DNA of 14,720 bases from Candidatus Omnitrophota bacterium. GTDB taxonomy: Bacteria; Ratteibacteria; UBA8468; MWAK01. Of the stretch, positions 6,294 to 13,013 are shown piece by piece. The notes beneath the pieces were generated by a model. It saw nothing but the letters and a program-made list of their open reading frames with translations. It did not search any database and was not told the DNA's origin. The first letter of the stretch is position 1; every line of letters starts with the position of its first letter. The stretch is from positions 1-14,720 of the forward strand of contig JBDRQI010000038.1 in assembly GCA_043826355.1 (NCBI GenBank), read 5' to 3'. A program made the position numbers and the translations under genes.

Positions 6294-9200
6294 GGAAGAT
6301 GGGCCGAAGATAGCCTCGGCCTCCTTGACGAACGATTCTTCCGGAGCGATTCGGTAATTATTGTTCAATTTCACCAGGGCGGCCCGCTTGCCGGTGAACA
6401 TCAATTTCAGGTGGAGCGGTGTTTCGCCCGGATATTTCGCAATCAAGTCCTGAAATTTCTTCAGGGTTTTTTCTTCGGTTCCGGCCGGGAAGAAGGTGAT
6501 TTCCACCTTTTGGGCGTAGCGTTTTATCCCTTCCGAAACCGGTACGATTTCGCCCACCAGTATCTGCGCTGTTTCCTCCCTGATATCAACTTTTCCTTCC
6601 AGAAAGACGATGCCGCCGGAATGGATGAACCCGGCAAATTTTTCAAAAGCCTCCGGGAAGACCATCGCTTCAATCTTGGCGGTCAGGTCCTCGAAAGTGA
6701 AACTGGCCATGCGCTTATTTTCTCTTTTGGTCACTAATTTTTTGACCTTCTCAATCAGGCCGCCCAACCGCACCGGTGTGCCGGATTTCATTGCGAGGAC
6801 TTCTTTAACGCTGTTTTTGGCAAACAGCGTCAGAATTTTTTCGTGGTGCCCGAGCGGATGTCCGGAGAGATAAAAACCCAAAACTTCTCTTTCGCCGGCC
6901 AGGATCTCCGGTTCCGACCATTCCGGCAAAGCTGTCACTTCTCCGGGCATCCGGAATTTGACGGCGGCGCCGGAATCTCCGAAGAGCGTTTTCTGGCCCC
7001 GGCGTTCGTCTTCCTGATAACTTCCGGCTATTTGGAGCGCGTAGGGAATCAGGGCCATTAACTGGCTGCGGTGCAGGCGGAAGAGGTCAAAGGCGCCTGC
7101 CTTAATCAGACTTTCCAGAACCTTGCGGTTTACCAGGCGCAAGTCCACCCGTCGGCAGAAATCAAAAAGGTCTTTGAAGTGCCCGTCCTTTTCCCGCGCG
7201 CTGACGATCGATTCGATTGCGGAAAATCCGACGTTCTTGATTGCGGCCAGACCGAACCTTATATCGTTGCCGAAGACGGTGAAATAGGCAAAACTATCTT
7301 CGACGCAGGGCGGCAGAATCCAGATGTGCATCCGCTCGCATTCCTGGGTATACTCCACAATCTTGTCGCTGTTGCCGGTTTCGCTGTTCAGGAGCGCGGC
7401 CATGAATTCCAAGGGGTAGTTGGCTTTCAGGTAGGCGGTCTGATAGGAGATGGTGGCGTAGCCGGCGCTGTGGCTTTTATTAAACCCGTAACCGGCAAAC
7501 TTCACAATCTGGGCGAAAATTTTCTCCGCAACTTTCTCGGAAAGCCCGTTCTGCCGACCGCCTTTGATGAAGCGTTCCTGGTTCTCCTCCATTATTTCCG
7601 GGGTTTTCTTGCCCATCGCCCGGCGGAAGAGGTCGCTTTCCGCCAGCGTAAAATTACCCAGCCGGTGCACAATCTCCATTACCTGTTCCTGGTAGAGGAT
7701 TATGCCGTGGGTTGAAAGCATGATTTCTTTCAGAACCGGGTGATCATAGCGTATCTTACCCGGATGTTTCTTGCCGGTGATGAAATTCTCTACCATTCCG
7801 CTTCCCAGGGGGCCGGGGCGGTACAGGGCAAGGATGGCGATAATATCTTCAAAGACGGTGGGGCTGGTTTTACGCAGGAGGTCGCGCATGCCGGCGCTTT
7901 CCAGTTGAAAGATGCCGAAACTGTTGCCGGCGGAGAGCAACTGGTAGGTGCGGCGGTCATCCAGCGGAAAAGTGTCTATGGGCCGGTGATAGCGCTGGTC
8001 GATCAGTTTTTTTGCCTGGTAAATTACGGTTAATGTCTTGAGGCCTAACAGGTCAATCTTCAGAAGACCGACCTCACCAAGCGCGTTCATATCATACTGG
8101 GTAGTAACCGCATCGTTGGTGCCCAGGAAGAGCGGGGTGTATTCTTCCAGGGGTTTGTCGCCGATGACGATTCCGGCCGCATGGGTGGAAGCGTGTCGGG
8201 GTAAGCCCTCAAGGGTTTTAGAGATTTCAAAAAGTTGCCGCATCTCTTCGTTATTGGAGACCAGGCGGGCCAGTTCCGGTTCCCGGTTGAGCGCTTCGGC
8301 AAGCGTGATGTGCAGTTCTCCCGGTACCAGTTTGGCGACTTTGTCCACTTCGGCGTACGGCAGACCCATAACGCGGCCTACGTCCCGTATTACCGAGCGG
8401 GCGGAAAGAGTTCCGAAGGTAACTATCTGGGCGACCTGGGTAGCGCCGTATTTGCTGCGGACGTAAGTGATTATTTCATCGCGGCGGCTGTCTTCAAAGT
8501 CGATGTCAATATCCGGCAGAGAAATTCGGTCCGGGTTGAGGAAACGTTCAAAGATAAGCCCGTATTTCAGGGGGTCGATATCGGTAATTCCAAGCAGGTA
8601 TGCAACCACGCTTCCGGCCGCGGAGCCCCGGCCGGGACCGACCGCGATGCCGTTTTTTTTCGCAAAATCGACGATATCCTGGATGACCAGGAAATAGCCG
8701 GGATACCCCATGTTTTCAATGACTTTTAGTTCCGTCTCAACCCGTTCCACGATCGGTTTTTGTGTTTCGGAAAAGTTTTGCCGGTCAACCCGGTAGCGTT
8801 CTTTTAACCCGATTTCCGACAATTGGCGCAGACGTCGGCTCAGGGTTATTCCGGCCGGCGGCACGTAATGGGGCAGTTTCGGCTGACCGAATTCCAATTC
8901 CAGGTTACATTTTTCGGCAATGGCCACGGTGTTTTTCAGGGATTCAGGTATCTCTCCGAAGATTGCTTCCATCTCCTGACCACTCCGGAAATAGAACTGG
9001 TTTGAGGAGAATCGGAGCCGTTTTTCTTCTTCCAGATGGCTGCCGGTTTGGATGCAGAGCAAAGCATCGTGAGCCGCGCTGTCCTGCTGGTAGAGATAAT
9101 GACAGTCATTGGTTGCTGCCAGGGGGATTCCCAGTTTTTTACCGAGCGCCACCACCTTAGGGAGGACTTTTTCCTGCTCCGGAAGGCCGTTATTCTGAAT

Positions 9201-9722
9201 TTCCAGGTAAAAATCAGACTTAAAGATGTCGTGGTAATAAGCCGCTGTTTTTTCCGCTTCTTCTTCCCGGTCTTGCAGCAGGAGGGAGTTGATTGCACCT
9301 TTCAGACAGCCGCTCAAGAGGACGACACCCTGGTTGTATTTTTCAATCAGTTCCCAGTCGATTCGGGGCCGGTGGTAAAACCCTTCGGTGTGGGCAATCG
9401 TGGAAAGGCGCATCAGGTTCCGGTAACCGTCAGCATTTTTGGCAAGCAGGGTCAGGTGGGAATAGGCTTCGCCGGTTTTTTCACCTCTTTTTTCAGAACG
9501 GCCGGCCGGCGCCAGATAGAATTCGCTGCCGATGATCGGTTTGATGCCGTGCCTGAGGGCTTCCTGGTAGAAAGGGATTACGCCGAACATCTTCCCGTGA
9601 TCGGTGATGGCCAGACTCCGCATCCCCCATTTTTTGGCCAACTGGGTTACTTCGGAAATGCGGCACATTCCATCCAGGAGGCTGTATTCGGTGTGCAGGT
9701 GAAGGTGGACAAATTCCGCCAT
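6279..9722 (-). CDS. dnaE: DNA polymerase III subunit alpha
   Basis: PHP domain (HLHLHTEYSLLDG, ITDHG, TNDCHY), GPGRGSAAGS, FERFLNPDR..PDIDIDF, KIDLLGL, FAGYGFNKSHSA, and a C-terminal OB fold. 1147 aa, no intein. Confidence 0.98.
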   Translation of the reverse strand: MAEFVHLHLHTEYSLLDGMCRISEVTQLAKKWGMRSLAITDHGKMFGVIPFYQEALRHGIKPIIGSEFYLAPAGRSEKRGEKTGEAYSHLTLLAKNADGYRNLMRLSTIAHTEGFYHRPRIDWELIEKYNQGVVLLSGCLKGAINSLLLQDREEEAEKTAAYYHDIFKSDFYLEIQNNGLPEQEKVLPKVVALGKKLGIPLAATNDCHYLYQQDSAAHDALLCIQTGSHLEEEKRLRFSSNQFYFRSGQEMEAIFGEIPESLKNTVAIAEKCNLELEFGQPKLPHYVPPAGITLSRRLRQLSEIGLKERYRVDRQNFSETQKPIVERVETELKVIENMGYPGYFLVIQDIVDFAKKNGIAVGPGRGSAAGSVVAYLLGITDIDPLKYGLIFERFLNPDRISLPDIDIDFEDSRRDEIITYVRSKYGATQVAQIVTFGTLSARSVIRDVGRVMGLPYAEVDKVAKLVPGELHITLAEALNREPELARLVSNNEEMRQLFEISKTLEGLPRHASTHAAGIVIGDKPLEEYTPLFLGTNDAVTTQYDMNALGEVGLLKIDLLGLKTLTVIYQAKKLIDQRYHRPIDTFPLDDRRTYQLLSAGNSFGIFQLESAGMRDLLRKTSPTVFEDIIAILALYRPGPLGSGMVENFITGKKHPGKIRYDHPVLKEIMLSTHGIILYQEQVMEIVHRLGNFTLAESDLFRRAMGKKTPEIMEENQERFIKGGRQNGLSEKVAEKIFAQIVKFAGYGFNKSHSAGYATISYQTAYLKANYPLEFMAALLNSETGNSDKIVEYTQECERMHIWILPPCVEDSFAYFTVFGNDIRFGLAAIKNVGFSAIESIVSAREKDGHFKDLFDFCRRVDLRLVNRKVLESLIKAGAFDLFRLHRSQLMALIPYALQIAGSYQEDERRGQKTLFGDSGAAVKFRMPGEVTALPEWSEPEILAGEREVLGFYLSGHPLGHHEKILTLFAKNSVKEVLAMKSGTPVRLGGLIEKVKKLVTKRENKRMASFTFEDLTAKIEAMVFPEAFEKFAGFIHSGGIVFLEGKVDIREETAQILVGEIVPVSEGIKRYAQKVEITFFPAGTEEKTLKKFQDLIAKYPGETPLHLKLMFTGKRAALVKLNNNYRIAPEESFVKEAEAIFGPSSVTLS

Positions 9723-9772
9723 AGGAAGGAAAAACTTAGATTAGGATGAACAGTTCCAGTCTATAAAAATAT

Positions 9773-9849
9773 TGTCATTCCCGTATGTTGTTAACGGGAA
9801 TCTACACCTTAGAAATTTGGATTCCCGCTTACTGTCCGCGGGAATAACA
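9773..9849. repeat. REP-doublet / dRS3-like miniature palindromic element
   Basis: Two hairpins, ATTCCCGT-N9-ACGGGAAT (9777-9801) and ATTCCCGC-N9-GCGGGAAT (9821-9845). The outer ends TGTCATTCCCG / CGGGAATAACA are inverted repeats with one mismatch. Confidence 0.8.
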
Positions 9850-9854
9850 GATTC

Positions 9855-10205
9855 CTACTTTACCGGGACGCTTGGTGTTGGATTTGGGACCGGGGTTGTT
9901 GGGTTAACCGGAACCGGGAATTCCTGAGCGGGAGCCGGCAACGTCTTTAAACTTCGCTTGATAACCGAACGCTGATTTTTTCCGGCAAAGATTGTCAGGG
10001 AGATGGAGGTGAAGATAAACATTGCCGCCAGAACCGTGGTAATCCGGTTCAGGATTGACGGTGTGGATGCCCCGAAGACGTTTTCCGCGGCCCGTGCGCC
10101 GCCGAAGATATTGGCGGTAGCCGCTCCCCGGCCGCTTTGAATCAAAACCGCGCCGATCAGGAGTATGCTGACAAAGACGTGCAGGACTATTAGTAGATTA
10201 AACAT
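9855..10205 (-). CDS. secG: Preprotein translocase subunit SecG
   Basis: LIVLHVFVSILLIGAVLIQSGRG...FGG....LNRITTVLAAMFIFTSISL: two TM helices with a Gly-rich loop, followed by a Pro-rich tail. Confidence 0.95.
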   Translation of the reverse strand: MFNLLIVLHVFVSILLIGAVLIQSGRGAATANIFGGARAAENVFGASTPSILNRITTVLAAMFIFTSISLTIFAGKNQRSVIKRSLKTLPAPAQEFPVPVNPTTPVPNPTPSVPVK

Positions 10206-10212
10206 AGCGCTT

Positions 10213-10242
10213 ATTTTACCTTTTTCAAATCCTTTCCGTCAA
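10213..10242 (-). promoter_or_regulatory. sigma70-type promoter for secG (probably leaderless)
   Basis: Minus strand TTGACG (10242-10237), N18, TAAAAT (10218-10213), 7 nt, then ATG. Confidence 0.7.
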
Positions 10243-10246
10243 GAAA

Positions 10247-11518
10247 TCAAAGCGCAATTTCAGACGGCAGGGGGTCGTACCGGCAGTGCGGAACTGTCGG
10301 GTTGCGGTGGCCGCCGGTCTTGTAGATACATGGCGGTTCCCGTGTCTCGAATTTTAAAACCACCGGCATATCCGAATTGTATTCTTCCGGAAGGCTGGAG
10401 ACAACCAGCTTCCCGCCGGTCTGAGCGAATTCATATTCTTCCCCGGTTTCCAGATTAACCACCTTTTTTACGGTGCATTCCAGGCCGCAGATGGTAAGCG
10501 TGGAACCGGGCCAACTGTGAACGTGCAGATAAAACCGGTTCCCGCGGGCCGAGAATCCCCCGTGAAAAGTCCAATCGGCTTTTTCGCTGCCCCTTTCCCT
10601 TAAGTTGTATTCAAACCGGTCGGAATCATATATCGCTTCTCCGTTGACCTTAAGCCAGACGCCGACGCAGTTCAGAACATCCACCGCCGGCTGCGGGATG
10701 GAACCGTCTCCCCTGGGGGCCACGTTCAGGAGCAGGTTTCCCCTCCCGGCCGCCGCTTTCCGCAGCATTTCGGCTATTACCTTCGGACTTTTCCAGTTAT
10801 GGTCGCCTTTGTGGTAGCACCAGTTGTTGTTCATGGGTATGCAGGCTTCCCACATTCCAAGAGATGAAGTTACGTGTTGTTCCGGGGTGACGAAATCTCC
10901 GGGTATGCCGCACCGACCGTTGAGTAGTATTCCCGGTTGCAGCGAGCGGGCCATAGCGTTCAGTTTTTCCGCCTGCCAGCCCTTGCTGTCAAAAGGCCAC
11001 CATCCGTCATACCACAGGATGTCCACCGGACCATATTTGGTGAGGATTTCCCGGAATTGGCCGTGGACATAATCAATAAAGGGCTGATAACACTCTTTTG
11101 GCCGTTCCAGAGCGTCTACCGCGTTGGGAGAGGTACTCCAGTCATTCAGGGTTAAATAGAGCCCTATCTTCATCCCGTGTTTACGGCAGGCGGCGATGAA
11201 TTCCGCCGTCAGGTCCCTTTTTGCCGCAGAATTGGTGACCTTGAAATCCGTCAGTTTGGAGTCGTACAGGCAGAACCCGTCGTGGTGTTTTGTGGTAAAG
11301 GTTGCATATTTCATTCCCCAGTCATTCTTTGCTTTGCCGATAAGGGCATCAAAATCACACCCCTCGGCACTAAAGCGATTCGCCAATCTGGCATATTCGG
11401 CAACCGGGATCTCTTCTTTGTTCATTACCCACTCGCCCCGTTCGAGAAGCGAGTAAAGCCCGTACTGTATTAGCATTCCGTAGCGTGCATTTTGAAACCA
11501 TTCCATGTTTGTTTGCAT
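10247..11518 (-). CDS. GH29 alpha-L-fucosidase family protein
   Basis: WFQNARYGMLIQYGLYS, GEW, TTKHHDGFCLYDS, DILWYDG (nucleophile), TPEQ, WEAC, GNLLLNVAPRGDGSIP. SD AAAGGA upstream; no signal peptide. Confidence 0.93.
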   Translation of the reverse strand: MQTNMEWFQNARYGMLIQYGLYSLLERGEWVMNKEEIPVAEYARLANRFSAEGCDFDALIGKAKNDWGMKYATFTTKHHDGFCLYDSKLTDFKVTNSAAKRDLTAEFIAACRKHGMKIGLYLTLNDWSTSPNAVDALERPKECYQPFIDYVHGQFREILTKYGPVDILWYDGWWPFDSKGWQAEKLNAMARSLQPGILLNGRCGIPGDFVTPEQHVTSSLGMWEACIPMNNNWCYHKGDHNWKSPKVIAEMLRKAAAGRGNLLLNVAPRGDGSIPQPAVDVLNCVGVWLKVNGEAIYDSDRFEYNLRERGSEKADWTFHGGFSARGNRFYLHVHSWPGSTLTICGLECTVKKVVNLETGEEYEFAQTGGKLVVSSLPEEYNSDMPVVLKFETREPPCIYKTGGHRNPTVPHCRYDPLPSEIAL

Positions 11519-11576
11519 ATATTTTTTCCTTTAATGCCGCGATTTGGTTGCAACGTATTTTTTATCTGAAAAGTTT

Positions 11577-11606
11577 ATTATAATAGAAATGAGAGAGAGT
11601 GGTCAA
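11577..11606 (-). promoter_or_regulatory. sigma70-type promoter for the GH29 gene
   Basis: Minus strand TTGACC (11606-11601), N18, TATAAT (11582-11577). Confidence 0.75.
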
Positions 11607-11644
11607 AAAATCGATAAACAACTGAAATTTGAATAGCGCGGAAT

Positions 11645-12913
11645 TTAGACTGCGTCGGTGCCGTAAATGTATTTTCCGTAAGATTCACGTATGAAGAAGG
11701 ACGTAAAACAGGAGGCGGCGGCAAAAAGCAGGCAACCGATGAATATAGTTAAATAGGCCTGGGGCGGATAAATGACGGCCTGGCTGGTGTGAATAGCCGA
11801 AGCGCGGAACCGGTCCAGACCGAAACCGGCCAGATTGATAAAAAAAGAAACCAAAAGGTAGCAAATTCCGTTGAGGAAACCGACCGCAGTGGCGGCCGAT
11901 TCCGCCGGACTAAGTTCTTTCATTGAGGTGGTATAGACCGGTGAAGCGCCCGATGACACTGCCAGGAGGATATAACCAAACAATAACCACCAGACTGTGA
12001 AATGATAAATTAGCGCCAGGGTCATAAGCAGAATTGAAAAAAGGGTAACGGAGGTTGCGCAGACCATGATCGGTTTGCGCCGGCCGATAATTCGGGAATA
12101 GAACCCGCTGAAAAAAGAACAGCCGATTGCAGTCAGCATCATTATGAAGGTAAAGCCGGCTGCGGTTCTGGAATCCAGGTGGCAGCAATCCTGGAGAAGT
12201 TTTTTTCCGAAGGCGGCTTGAATCAAAAAATAGAGGGAGAAGTTGATGGAACCGGAAAAGATTACCGGGATGGATATTCTGTTTTGGATGATGCTCAGGA
12301 TGACCCGGAAGGAGAATTTTTTGCCCTTTTTTGCAAGGTGTCCGGTTTTTTGCAGCAGCAGGGACATGCAGATTACGGCAAGGCTGCAAAAGATTCCGGC
12401 CGCGAACAGGGAGTTGCGCCAACCGAAAAAGTGGACGGTGCGTTCAAACGGCAGCGTCCCGAAAAGTCCGCCGGAATAACCCAGGACAAGCGACACCCCT
12501 AAAAAGAAAGGAAAATCGCGGTTGTCAAAGAGGTTGTCGAGTTCTTTGATGATGCTGATGAAGATGAGGCTGGCTCCAAATCCCACCAGGGCGCGGCTTA
12601 GATAAAGAGCGGTCAGGGAACGGGATAAAGGAAAGAGTATTGAACCCGCGCTTAAAAGCGCTCCGCCGGTTATGAGTACCCGGCCGGCGCCCAGCCGGTC
12701 GGCCATCATCCCGGCCAGAAATTGCATTCCTCCGTAGATATACAGGTAGAGCGTGCCGAGCGTGGCGACCGCCGAAGCAGATAGCAAAAAAGAGGTCTGA
12801 AGTTCATTGAATATTGTACCCGGCACCGCCACTCGCTGGAAGAACGAAAAGAAGTAGACGGCGTTTATGGAGAGAAAAATCAGGATTTTGATTTTTTTGT
12901 TTTGGGGAAGCAT
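11645..12913 (-). CDS. MFS transporter
   Basis: 422 aa with about 12 hydrophobic segments. Motif A-like GMMADRLGAGRV, then SRALVGFG, and a second-half loop SRIIGRRKP. Confidence 0.93.
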   Translation of the reverse strand: MLPQNKKIKILIFLSINAVYFFSFFQRVAVPGTIFNELQTSFLLSASAVATLGTLYLYIYGGMQFLAGMMADRLGAGRVLITGGALLSAGSILFPLSRSLTALYLSRALVGFGASLIFISIIKELDNLFDNRDFPFFLGVSLVLGYSGGLFGTLPFERTVHFFGWRNSLFAAGIFCSLAVICMSLLLQKTGHLAKKGKKFSFRVILSIIQNRISIPVIFSGSINFSLYFLIQAAFGKKLLQDCCHLDSRTAAGFTFIMMLTAIGCSFFSGFYSRIIGRRKPIMVCATSVTLFSILLMTLALIYHFTVWWLLFGYILLAVSSGASPVYTTSMKELSPAESAATAVGFLNGICYLLVSFFINLAGFGLDRFRASAIHTSQAVIYPPQAYLTIFIGCLLFAAASCFTSFFIRESYGKYIYGTDAV

Positions 12914-12936
12914 TTTTTCTCTGCTTTGAAATCATT

Positions 12937-12966
12937 ATTATACGTTTAAACAAGAGGTTAAGGCAA
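12937..12966 (-). promoter_or_regulatory. sigma70-type promoter for the MFS gene
   Basis: Minus strand TTGCCT (12966-12961), N18, TATAAT (12942-12937). Confidence 0.7.
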
Positions 12967-12986
12967 TTCACGCTATTGCCTTAACC
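12956..12986. repeat. Perfect 12-bp inverted repeat carrying both -35 boxes
   Basis: GGTTAAGGCAAT-TCACGCT-ATTGCCTTAACC. Confidence 0.85.
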
Positions 12987-13005
12987 CTGTTCGGTGCAGT
13001 ATAAT
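12976..13005 (+). promoter_or_regulatory. sigma70-type promoter for glyS (leaderless or near-leaderless)
   Basis: TTGCCT (12976-12981), N18, TATAAT (13000-13005), 8 nt, then ATG. No SD. Confidence 0.7.
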
Positions 13006-13013
13006 TTAAAGAT

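Noticed and set aside
8652..8661. A8 run (A AAA AAC on the minus strand) in dnaE as a programmed frameshift site
   Set aside because: It encodes ordinary Lys-Lys-Asn, the ORF is full length, and no stimulatory element is evident.
7071..9749. Long antisense ORFs (214, 164 and 237 aa, among others) opposite dnaE
   Set aside because: Shadows of the coding strand's codon bias, with no recognisable motifs. The same applies to the other short overlapping ORFs in the track.
9773..9849. tRNA or CRISPR remnant downstream of secG
   Set aside because: No cloverleaf or T-loop GTTC motif; only two inverted units, not direct repeats with spacers.
11550..11556. GCAACGT shared by the GH29 leader and the PEGA leader (2502-2508) as a common LacI-type operator
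   Set aside because: Only 7 bp with poor flanking symmetry; compatible with chance.
11591..11599. (GA)4G tract in the GH29 promoter spacer as a phase-variation switch
   Set aside because: Too short for appreciable slippage.
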